Shown: positions 49,110 to 57,160 of the stretch, in pieces
Position numbering within the stretch: the first letter of the stretch is position 1
Layout of the letters: each line of letters begins with the position of its first letter
Source of the DNA: Candidatus Methylomirabilota bacterium
GTDB taxonomy: Bacteria; Methylomirabilota; Methylomirabilia; Rokubacteriales; CSP1-6
DNA length: 64,000 nucleotides
Assembly: GCA_046726415.1 (NCBI GenBank)
Contig: JBKPAK010000024.1
Location: 1 to 64,000, forward strand
Reading direction: 5' to 3'
Program-made: the position numbers and the translations under genes
Notes under the pieces: generated by a model
Databases searched by the model: none
What the model was told of the DNA's origin: nothing
The model's input: only the letters and a program-made list of their open reading frames with translations

Positions 49110-49985
49110 CTACAGCTCCTCCTCCTTCCTGCCGGCGATGGGAACGAAGAGCGGCTGGCCGTACTTGTCGACCCCGAAGGTCTTGATGAGCTGCTGGACC
49201 AAGGGCGAGACCATGAAGTCGGCGAAGGCCTTCCCGCCCATCGCGTTGACGCGCGGGCCGTTCGCCGGATTCACCTCCATGACGGAATAGACGTTCAGCA
49301 AGGACCGGTCGCCCTCGACCATGATCTTGAGGGCCACGCGCTTGCTGAAGGCCAGCAAGGTTCCGCGATCGGTGAGGGTGTAGGCCTTGCGGTCGTCGGC
49401 GAGACCGAGGGTGGCCCCCATGCCCTGCCCCGACTCGATGTACCACGGCGGCCCCGGCGCAATCTCCGCTTCCTTCCACAGCTTCAGCTCGAGGGTATGG
49501 GTGCCGGACTTGTCACCGCGGGAGACGAACCGGGAGCCGGCGGCAGCGATCCGCTTCAGCGCCTCCACGGCGCTATTGTCGCCGCGAATGCGCGCGGGAT
49601 CGTCCTCGGGGCCGACCATGACGAAGTCGTTGTACATGACGAGCAGGCGGTTCTGCAGTTTGCCCTCCGCCACGTACTTCTTCTCGACGGCGGGGGCATG
49701 GGCCAAGGTCACGTCGCTCTCGCCCCGGGCCGCCAGGGCAAGGGCCTGGCCGGTGCCGACGGAGATGGTCTTGACCGTGTGGCCCGTCTGGCGCTCGAAC
49801 ATGGGCACGAGAACGTCGAGCAGACCCGAGTCCTGGGTGCTGGTGGTCGTCGACAGGATGACCGTGCGGGAGGCCGGAGCCTGAGCGCGCGCACTGACCG
49901 CGCCCACAGGGGCCATGAGCAGGGCCACCCCGAGCGCCAGGCCGCCCCGTGACCTGCGCCAGCCGACCGATCCACGCGTCATCAT
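49110..49985 (-). CDS. tupA: tungstate ABC transporter substrate-binding protein
   Basis: TTTSTQDSGLL tungstate motif, MYNDF, SRGDKSGTH, GQGMG, DRGT. Confidence 0.95.
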   Translation of the reverse strand: MMTRGSVGWRRSRGGLALGVALLMAPVGAVSARAQAPASRTVILSTTTSTQDSGLLDVLVPMFERQTGHTVKTISVGTGQALALAARGESDVTLAHAPAVEKKYVAEGKLQNRLLVMYNDFVMVGPEDDPARIRGDNSAVEALKRIAAAGSRFVSRGDKSGTHTLELKLWKEAEIAPGPPWYIESGQGMGATLGLADDRKAYTLTDRGTLLAFSKRVALKIMVEGDRSLLNVYSVMEVNPANGPRVNAMGGKAFADFMVSPLVQQLIKTFGVDKYGQPLFVPIAGRKEEEL

Positions 49986-50002
49986 CGCCTCCTGGGATGG
50001 GT

Positions 50003-50032
50003 GTTATATGCTGCCGCCAGCATATTAAGCAA
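50003..50032 (-). promoter_or_regulatory. tupA promoter overlapped by a palindromic operator (ModE-like)
   Basis: TTGCTT-18-TATAAC; inverted repeat ATATGCTG-N4-CAGCATAT at 50006-50025. Confidence 0.65.
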
Positions 50033-50148
50033 GCGGTCGGCGGAGGTCCAGACGGAAACCTGAGGGCGGTGTTTTCGCGCGGCTCGGAGTTGTGCGGACG
50101 TGATCCGGGAGCGGCCAGGCGGCCGCCCCGTCCGGCACGGCACCTAAT

Positions 50149-50607
50149 TCATCGTTCGGGCTTCACCTTCTCGAACAGCGGCGCGTATGTCCCGTAGCCG
50201 GCCTCCTGCAGCTTCGCGGCCGGAATGAACCGGAGCGCTGCCGAGTTGATGCAGTAGCGGAGACCGGTGGTGCCGGGGCCGTCGGGAAACACGTGGCCAA
50301 GATGGGTGTCGCCTTGCGCGGAACGCACCTCGATGCGGAGCATCCCGTGGGAAGTGTCGGTGTGCTGTGTCACATTCTCGGCCTCGAGCGGCCGAGTGAA
50401 GCTCGGCCAGCCCGTGCCGGAATCGAACTTGTCGAGGGACGAAAACAAGGGCTCACCGGACACGATGTCGACATAGATGCCCGGCTCGTGATGGTTCCAG
50501 AACTCGTTTCGGAAGGGCGGTTCGGTGGCGCTGCACTGGGTGACGTCGTACTGGATGGGGTTGAGCTTCGCCTTCATCTCCGCGTCGGTCGGTCTCTTGT
50601 CGGTCAC
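50149..50607 (-). CDS. msrB: peptide-methionine (R)-S-oxide reductase
   Basis: [32 protein letters not shown]; lacks the Zn CxxC motifs. Confidence 0.97.
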   Translation of the reverse strand: MTDKRPTDAEMKAKLNPIQYDVTQCSATEPPFRNEFWNHHEPGIYVDIVSGEPLFSSLDKFDSGTGWPSFTRPLEAENVTQHTDTSHGMLRIEVRSAQGDTHLGHVFPDGPGTTGLRYCINSAALRFIPAAKLQEAGYGTYAPLFEKVKPER

Positions 50608-50712
50608 GATCCCGTTCTCCCATGGCGTCGGTGGAAGACCTTCTCCGTGGCGATAGGCAGAGTATACGTGCCGCCGCGCGGTTCGAGCGTACTCCGGCCA
50701 CGCGGCGGGCCC

Positions 50713-51168
50713 TCACTCGCCCCCCGGCCTGCGCGATCGATCTCCACGCCCACGCGGTCCACTCGCCCCTTGCGGCGTCGTGCCTCTGGACTGCGGTCCC
50801 GACTCGGTGACCTGGCGCCCACGGGCCTTGGGCGGATCCCCTTCGAACGCGCGGGCGAACCGACGCTCAGCCATCGCCTCCAGGCTGCGCTGGAACTTCC
50901 AGTAGCCGGCGAGAAAGGCCTTCCCGCGGGGAGTCAGGCGCATGCCGCTCCGCGGATGACCTGACGGCGCACGCTCCAGGAATCTGAAGCCCGCGGCCCT
51001 TTCGAGCTCTTGCAGGTAGCCCCAGGCATTCCGGTACGACATGTCGAGCTCGGCGGCGGCTTGGCGGAGCGATCCCCGCTCATCGATGAGTTCGAGGAGC
51101 CGGGCCCGTCCATCGCCGAACTTGAGGTCCCTCCCGAACATCACCCAGACCCTGAGCTTGGGCCTCAT
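50713..51168 (-). CDS. ModE-like winged-helix regulator (no TOBE domain)
   Basis: FGDGRARLLELI..GSLRQAA..MSYRNAW. Confidence 0.9.
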   Translation of the reverse strand: MRPKLRVWVMFGRDLKFGDGRARLLELIDERGSLRQAAAELDMSYRNAWGYLQELERAAGFRFLERAPSGHPRSGMRLTPRGKAFLAGYWKFQRSLEAMAERRFARAFEGDPPKARGRQVTESGPQSRGTTPQGASGPRGRGDRSRRPGGE

Positions 51169-51257
51169 GAGAGGAAAATCTACTACGAAGCGTCAGGCGA
51201 GGCGCCACCGCCTAGTCACCGACACGGCACGTGGTAACGTCCGTCGGCGGAGCACGG

Positions 51258-51467
51258 CTACTCCTTGGCCACCATCACGTCGGAGGCCTTGATGACGGCC
51301 CACGCCGCATCGCCAACCGTCAACCGGAGGTCGTCCACCGCCTCGTTTGTGATGGAGGCGACCACGGCGAGGCCATGGCCGAGATCGATTCTGACATGGG
51401 CCGTGGTCGCGCCTTTCCGCACCTCGACGATGCGGCCCTTGAGTTGATTGCGCGCGCTGAGCTTCAT
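51258..51467 (-). CDS. molybdate-binding Mop/TOBE protein
   Basis: MKLSARNQLKG..SIT..VIKASDV; RBS GAGGAGG. Confidence 0.93.
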   Translation of the reverse strand: MKLSARNQLKGRIVEVRKGATTAHVRIDLGHGLAVVASITNEAVDDLRLTVGDAAWAVIKASDVMVAKE

Positions 51468-51479
51468 GGGACGTCCTCC

Positions 51480-51825
51480 TCGGTGCAGCTCCTCCAGGTG
51501 TCCGGACCAGCAATTGTCGCGGGTTCGCCGGTGCATGTGCACGTCGGCATCGTGCGGCGTGAAGATCCAGAAAGCACGCCTTGACGTGAGGGTCAGTCTC
51601 GATCGTCACGGCTCCGACGACGATGCGAGGGACGACGGGCACACCATCGACAACCGAGACTTCGCCGGTCAGGCCTTCTCGCGGACCGACGGCGTAGAGG
51701 TGTGGGAGCGACCGCAGCTGGCCCAGCGCGATCCGCCCCTGGATGTCGCCGTGCAGCACGTCGCGCTGCGCTCCGACCCAGCGCACGAGGGCTCGCGAAG
51801 CCACGGAGGAGCGCCGCAGTCTCAC
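51480..51825 (-). pseudogene. acetolactate-decarboxylase-like gene with internal deletion
   Basis: N-term PHLYAVGPREGLTGEV..ACFL joined at ~51567, with a frame change, to C-term IFTPHDADVHMH..SGHLEE. Confidence 0.65.
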
Positions 51826-52487
51826 ACTGCGCGAGCGCCCAGCCGCCCCGAGAGCACCAGCACTGCGCAGGAGAGCGCCGTGAGCACCACCACCAAGGTC
51901 AGCGCTTCTCCCGTCTCGCCGGTCTGCACGGCTGTGTAGATGGCAAGCGGCACGGTAGCCGTCTTACCGGGGATGTTGCCGGCTAGCATGAGCGTCGCTC
52001 CGAACTCGCCGAGGGCGCGCGCGAAGGCCAGGACGAGCCCGGCCAGGATCCCGTTCCGGGCCAGCGGCAAGGTGACCCGCAGCGCCGTCCGCCACTCGGA
52101 GTATCCGAGGGTAAAGGCGGCCTTCTCGAGATCGGGATCGACGGATTCGATGGCCGCCCGCGCGGTGCGAACGAGGAGCGGGAAGGCCATCACCGTCGCG
52201 GCGATCACGGCGGCGTACCACGTGAAGGCCACGGTCCAGCCCGTCCACCCGTAGAGGGGTGCGCCGAGCCAGCCTCGCCTCCCCAGCACGACGATCAGAT
52301 AGTAGCCGGTCACGGTGGGAGGCAGGACAAGCGGCAGGGTGACGACCACGTCGACCACCGAGCGCCCCCAGAAGCGTCGTCTGGCCAGCAGGTACGCGAG
52401 CGGAATACCCAGCACGGCGTTCATCGCGGTCGCCAGCACCGCGACCTGCACCGAGAGGCGGACGGCGCTCAGTATCTCGGAGCTCAC
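51822..52487 (-). CDS. modB: molybdate ABC transporter permease
   Basis: LPLVLPPTVTGYYL, ARALGEFGATLMLAGNIPGKT. Confidence 0.95.
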   Translation of the reverse strand: MSSEILSAVRLSVQVAVLATAMNAVLGIPLAYLLARRRFWGRSVVDVVVTLPLVLPPTVTGYYLIVVLGRRGWLGAPLYGWTGWTVAFTWYAAVIAATVMAFPLLVRTARAAIESVDPDLEKAAFTLGYSEWRTALRVTLPLARNGILAGLVLAFARALGEFGATLMLAGNIPGKTATVPLAIYTAVQTGETGEALTLVVVLTALSCAVLVLSGRLGARAV

Positions 52488-53260
52488 CGCGCTCCCGGCG
52501 GAGGCGGCTGGAACCCGAGCCGGGCAAGCACGGCCTGCCCCTCCCGGCCGGTGAGCAGGTCGATGAAGGCCTGGGCCAACGCCGATTGCTTCGAGGCGGC
52601 GATCACGGCGACCGGGTAGACGACGGGTCGGTACGTGTCCTCGGCGGGCCGAAAGGCTTCGACGACGTGGATGCGCCGCACCGCCGCGTCCGTCGTGTAT
52701 ACGAAGCCGGCCTCGACCTCGCCCCGCGCGACGTAGTCGAGGGCCTGGCGCACGTTTTCGGCCAGGACGAGCTTCGGCTGCACGCGATCCCATAGCCCCA
52801 GCGCCTTCAGGCTCTCCTCGGAATACTGCCCGACCGGCACCGTTCTGGGGTTGCCGATGACGATCTTGCTGACCCGGCCCTCGAGCAGATCGCTCGGCTT
52901 GGCGATGTCGAGCTTTGAATCGGCGGGCTTGATCACCGTGAGCACGTTGCGCGCGAAGCTCCGCCGGCTCGCCGCGACGATGAGGTTCTTCTGCTGAAGC
53001 TCGTCCATCTGCCGCTGGGCCGCCGAGATAAACAGATCCACCGGCGCGCCGGCCTCGATCTGCTTCTGCAATTCACCCGAGGATCCGAAGTTGTAGCGCA
53101 GCACCACGCCCGGCCGGCGGGCCATGAACCCGCGGCCAAGTTCCTCCACCGCCTCCTTCATGCTGATGGCCACCGAGCACACCACGTCCTGCGCGTGCGC
53201 CGGGGCGCTGCTCAGCAGCACCGACAGAAGGGCGACCCCGAGGTGTCGCATGCGCCTCAT
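52484..53260 (-). CDS. modA: molybdate ABC transporter substrate-binding protein
   Basis: Signal peptide, FGSSGEL..QIEAGAP.DLFISA, VPVGQY, VYTTD. Confidence 0.94.
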   Translation of the reverse strand: MRRMRHLGVALLSVLLSSAPAHAQDVVCSVAISMKEAVEELGRGFMARRPGVVLRYNFGSSGELQKQIEAGAPVDLFISAAQRQMDELQQKNLIVAASRRSFARNVLTVIKPADSKLDIAKPSDLLEGRVSKIVIGNPRTVPVGQYSEESLKALGLWDRVQPKLVLAENVRQALDYVARGEVEAGFVYTTDAAVRRIHVVEAFRPAEDTYRPVVYPVAVIAASKQSALAQAFIDLLTGREGQAVLARLGFQPPPPGAR

Positions 53261-53348
53261 CTCAACCTCTCTTCGTCTGTGATAGGGTCAAAGCACCCTA
53301 CGGTGTCGAGGGCGGAGGGCCGAGACCCATCCGCAGAAGGGAGCGGCC

Positions 53349-53831
53349 ATGCCTTCGAGGAAGGCGCCGGTAGCCGGGCTCGTCGAACTGAAGCCTACAA
53401 GCAACGCCACGGGGTATCAAAGTGTCCGGCGCAACATAATTGCCGCGCGCCTGCGGACCAAGACCTGGCTGGAGCTCGACGGCCAGTTCGTCATCGGTGA
53501 CGGCGGCCTCAAGCTGTTGCTGGCGATCATCGAGCGCGGGTCCCTGCTCGCCGCCGCGCGCGACATCGGCTGGTCGTATCGACACGCGTGGGGTTATCTG
53601 CGGCAGGCGGAGGCGGTGCTCGGCGCGTCCCTGACCGTCTCCCGGCCGGGACGGGGACCGGCCCGCGGAACGCTGCTCACGGAGGCCGGCCGGCTGGTGC
53701 TCGAGAAGCTCCTGGCGATTCGCAACCGACTCGACGACGCGCTCGGCCCGACCGGGCCCACCTCGCATGAGGTCGCCGCAAAGGGCACGGCGACTCGCCC
53801 AACGAGAAACCCCAGACAAGGAGGCTTGTAA
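53349..53831 (+). CDS. second ModE-like winged-helix regulator (no TOBE domain)
   Basis: IGDGGLKLLLAI..GSLLAAA..WSYRHAW..LTEAG; RBS GAAGGGAG. Confidence 0.85.
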   Translation: MPSRKAPVAGLVELKPTSNATGYQSVRRNIIAARLRTKTWLELDGQFVIGDGGLKLLLAIIERGSLLAAARDIGWSYRHAWGYLRQAEAVLGASLTVSRPGRGPARGTLLTEAGRLVLEKLLAIRNRLDDALGPTGPTSHEVAAKGTATRPTRNPRQGGL

Positions 53832-54352
53832 TGGCCGATAGAACTGTGACCTTGCGCGGCAATCCCCTGAATCTCGGAGGCTCTGAGGTCAAGGCGGGGC
53901 AGCCGGCCCCCGACTTCACCGCCGTGGACAACAGCCTGCAGGCGGTCCGCCTCAGCGAGGCCAAGGGCAAGGTCGTCATCCTCAGCTCGGTACCGTCGCT
54001 CGACACGCCCGTGTGCGACACCGAGACGCGGAAGTTCAACCAGGAGGCGGCCGGCCTCGGCAGCGGGGTCGAGATCTGGACGATCAGCATGGATCTGCCC
54101 TTCGCCCAGAAGCGCTGGTGCGGGGCAGCGGGGGTCACCGCGGTGAAGACGCTCTCCGATTTTCGCGAGCGGGCGTTCGGCCAGAAGTACGGCGTGGCCA
54201 TCACGAGCGGACCGCTGGCCGGCGTGAACGCGCGCGCGGTCTTCGTGGTGGGCAAGGACGGCACCCTCAAGCACGTGGAGTACGTGCCGGAGATCGCCAG
54301 CGAGCCGAACTACGCAGCGGCGCTTGGCGCAGCTCGCGCCGCCGCCGGTTAG
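53831..54352 (+). CDS. tpx: thiol peroxidase (atypical 2-Cys peroxiredoxin)
   Basis: VPSLDTPVC, SMDLPFAQKRWCG, EPNY. Confidence 0.96.
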   Translation: MADRTVTLRGNPLNLGGSEVKAGQPAPDFTAVDNSLQAVRLSEAKGKVVILSSVPSLDTPVCDTETRKFNQEAAGLGSGVEIWTISMDLPFAQKRWCGAAGVTAVKTLSDFRERAFGQKYGVAITSGPLAGVNARAVFVVGKDGTLKHVEYVPEIASEPNYAAALGAARAAAG

Positions 54353-54355
54353 TGA

Positions 54356-54383
54356 AATGGGGGGCCCGAAAGGGCCCCCCATT
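54356..54383. terminator. hairpin between convergent genes, resembling the head of the repeat element
   Basis: AATGGGGGGCCC-GAAA-GGGCCCCCCATT perfect stem. Confidence 0.6.
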
Positions 54384-54397
54384 GCCCCTACGCGCGC

Positions 54398-54901
54398 CTA
54401 ACCCTTCCGAAGGATCGCCGCCGCCTGCGTGACGAGGCCAAGCATGGCCTCGGCTGCGGGGGCAGACGCCACGGGATTGTCAGCGAAGGTGGCGAAGCCG
54501 CAGTCCGGGGTGAGGAGCACTCGTTCCGCCCCGAAGACGTCGACCGCCCGCCGGGCGCGAGCGAGCACCTCAGCGGCGCTCTCCACCGGATCGCGTTTCT
54601 GATTGACCACCCCCACGCCGATGCGGAGGTGACTCGGCAGAGCTTTCAGCACGTCGATCTCGCCCGCGCGCGGGGTGGCGAGTTCGAGGAATAGCGTGCC
54701 GACCTCGATGTCGGCCAGCAGGCCGAGCAGAGGCCGATAGTCGCCGGCCAGCGCCACCGCTTCGTCGGGCGTCCAGTTTCCGCGGCACACGTGCAAGGCC
54801 ATGTGCTGGCGAATCAGCAACAAGAGCCCGTTGCCGCAGTCGAGGTCGCCGCCGTCGAAGCCGGCGTCCGCCTCCAACCGGTGCGCGGGAACGGGATCCA
54901 T
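54398..54901 (-). pseudogene. deletion chimera: TusA/SirA N-terminus fused to the C-terminus of a cobalamin-independent methionine synthase-like protein
   Basis: FDGGDLDCGNGLLLLIRQH then ALHVCRGNW..LELATPRAG..LTPDCGFATFA; junction at ~54800. Confidence 0.8.
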
Positions 54902-54911
54902 CAGGTCGCGA

Positions 54912-55274
54912 TCAGTAGCTGACGCACGGGCTTCCCTCGGAGAGAAACTCGACCAGCTTCGCTCCGCCCACGACGGCCGCGGCCGCCACCAGGTTGTTCT
55001 CGTCGAGCTTCCGCTTCTTGAAGCACGGCGCGCAGACGTAGATGGTGCCGCCGCCCTTAGCGAAGTTGTCCATCAGCTCGCGCAGGGGAGCGAATCCCTC
55101 TTCGTGGATGGCATCGGCATAGCCCTTCTGGGACAGGCGCACGCCCTCGACGCTCAGGAAGACGAGCGTCTCCTTGCCCGAGCCGAGGGCGGCGTTGGCA
55201 ACGACGAAGGCGACCGTGGACTTGTCCGGGTTGTCCTGAGCGTGAGTCAAACTGACGCAGAACCGATTGGCCAT
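54912..55274 (-). CDS. DsrE family sulfur-relay protein
   Basis: VAFVVANAA, FLSVEGV, VCAPC; RBS AGGGAG. Confidence 0.9.
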   Translation of the reverse strand: MANRFCVSLTHAQDNPDKSTVAFVVANAALGSGKETLVFLSVEGVRLSQKGYADAIHEEGFAPLRELMDNFAKGGGTIYVCAPCFKKRKLDENNLVAAAAVVGGAKLVEFLSEGSPCVSY

Positions 55275-55276
55275 GG

Positions 55277-55510
55277 CTAGCTCCCTTTCCTGATGTGGTA
55301 GACGGGAGGGGCCTCGCAAAGCAGCGTGTTGCCGGTCATCCGGCACCAGGCGGGGATGTCGGCCGGTGCGCCGCGATCGCGCGTGATCAGCTCCAGCACG
55401 GCGCCCGCCGGCATCGAGGCCAGCCGCATCCGCAGCTCCAGCACCAGCTCACCGCATCCCCGATCGCCGGCGTCCCACACTTCATGGGCGACGATGGTCA
55501 TGGCCGCCAT
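55277..55510 (-). CDS. TusA/SirA family sulfurtransferase
   Basis: WDAGDRGCGELV..DIPAWCRMTGN. Confidence 0.88.
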   Translation of the reverse strand: MAAMTIVAHEVWDAGDRGCGELVLELRMRLASMPAGAVLELITRDRGAPADIPAWCRMTGNTLLCEAPPVYHIRKGS

Positions 55511-55791
55511 GGTGAGGACCCAGGCACGCCGACGACGAACACGGCGACGATCAATCGGGCCTCCTCGCAGAACACATTGTATCGACAGCAGTTGAGCTTC
55601 GGCATTGATCTTTCCTATCGAGCAACCCTCATCCATAGGCCCGAAAGGGACCCCGGGGCGCCCAGCGGGACACGCGAATGCGCGACTCGATCCGTTGATT
55701 ATGCCTTTGGGGTATCGTCCAGTCGGTCAACTGTCGTCTCCGGTCGGTGTATCATTCGATTTTCATCACCAGCTCTTCGAGGAGAGTTCGC

Positions 55792-56655
55792 GTGCGACGA
55801 TTCGAGCTCGCCCTGCCGCGCAGCGTCGCCGACTGCCTGAAGGTCCTCGCCCAGCGCGGGCCCGAGACAAAGGTGGTAGCGGGAGGGACCGATCTCCTGC
55901 CCCAGCTCAAGAACGGGCTGCTCAAACCTCCGTGGGTGGTCGACCTGTCCGGAGTTGCTGCGCTACGCATCCTCAAGCGCGACAAGCGCGGCCTTCGCGT
56001 CGGCGCCATGGTGACCGCGAGAGAACTCGAACTCGACCCCCAGGTCCGGGCCAGCTATCTGGCGGTGGCCGAAAGCGGAGCCGTGGTGGGCTCCGTCCAG
56101 GTGCGCCACCTCGCCACCGTGGGCGGCAACCTCTGCAATGCGGCGCCGTCCGCCGACATGGTGCCCCCCTTCCTGGCCCTGGACGCCGAGGCGGTCATCG
56201 CCGGACCGGAGGGAAGGCGCCGCGTTCCGCTGGCGTCCTTCTTCCTCGGCGTCCGACGCACCGTGCTGGCGCCGGGTGAGCTGCTCCTCGAGCTTGTCGT
56301 CCCCGCACCGGGCCCTCGGAGCGGGGGGAACTATCTGCGTCACACCCCGCGCCGCGAGCTGGATATCGCGGTGGTCGGCGTGGCGTCCCAGGTCACCTTG
56401 TCGAATGGCACGTGTGCGAAGGCTCGCATCGCCCTGGCCGCGGTGGCGCCGACCCCCATCCGGGCGACTGCCGCCGAGCAAGCCCTGGAGGGACAGCCAA
56501 TCACCCCGGAGGGGATCGACCGCGCGGCAGAGCTGGCCGTCGCGGCGGCCCGGCCCATCAGCGACCAGCGCGGTTCGGCCGAGTTCCGGAGCCACCTGGT
56601 CCGCGTCTTGACCCGCCGCACGCTCATGACCGCGCTCGAGCGCGCGCGATCTTGA
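55792..56655 (+). CDS. xanthine dehydrogenase/CoxM-family FAD subunit
   Basis: AGGTDL, ATVGGNLCNAAPSAD, DQRGSAEFR. Confidence 0.95.
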   Translation: MRRFELALPRSVADCLKVLAQRGPETKVVAGGTDLLPQLKNGLLKPPWVVDLSGVAALRILKRDKRGLRVGAMVTARELELDPQVRASYLAVAESGAVVGSVQVRHLATVGGNLCNAAPSADMVPPFLALDAEAVIAGPEGRRRVPLASFFLGVRRTVLAPGELLLELVVPAPGPRSGGNYLRHTPRRELDIAVVGVASQVTLSNGTCAKARIALAAVAPTPIRATAAEQALEGQPITPEGIDRAAELAVAAARPISDQRGSAEFRSHLVRVLTRRTLMTALERARS

Positions 56656-56675
56656 GCCCGAGGAGGAATCGGCAC

Positions 56676-57158
56676 GTGGCAAGACTGGTTCTGAGCTGCA
56701 CGGTGAACGACGAGCCGGTCGAGGTGCTCGTCCAGCCCTACGAAACCCTGCTCGACGCGCTCCGGGAGGACCTTGGCCTGACCGGCCCGAAGGAAGGATG
56801 CGGCACCGGCGACTGCGGCGCCTGTACCGTCCACGTCGACGGCAAACCGATCGCCAGCTGTCTCGTGCTAGCCATGCAGGCGCGCGGTCGCTCGGTGCGG
56901 ACGATCGAGGGCCTGGCGAAGGCCGACGCCTTGCACCCACTCCAGGAGGCGTTCGTCCGCCTCGGTGTGCCCCAGTGCGGGTTCTGCATTCCCGGCGTGC
57001 TCATGGCTGCCGCCGCCTTGCTCGAAGAGAACCCGCGTCCTACCGAATCTGAGATCCGCTACGGCATCGCCGGAAACCTCTGCCGGTGCACCGGCTACAC
57101 GAAAATGCTGACGGCCATTTCGGAAGCGGCCGCCGCCATGCCCGCTCGGGAGGACTGA
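56676..57158 (+). CDS. xanthine dehydrogenase/CoxS-family 2Fe-2S subunit
   Basis: GCGTGDCGACT..SC, QCGFC, CRCTGY. Confidence 0.96.
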   Translation: MARLVLSCTVNDEPVEVLVQPYETLLDALREDLGLTGPKEGCGTGDCGACTVHVDGKPIASCLVLAMQARGRSVRTIEGLAKADALHPLQEAFVRLGVPQCGFCIPGVLMAAAALLEENPRPTESEIRYGIAGNLCRCTGYTKMLTAISEAAAAMPARED

Positions 57159-57160
57159 CC

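Noticed and set aside
53261..53440. Riboswitch in the modA upstream region
   Set aside because: Several small hairpins are present but none matches Moco or cobalamin consensus, and part of the region overlaps the likely 5' end of the divergent regulator
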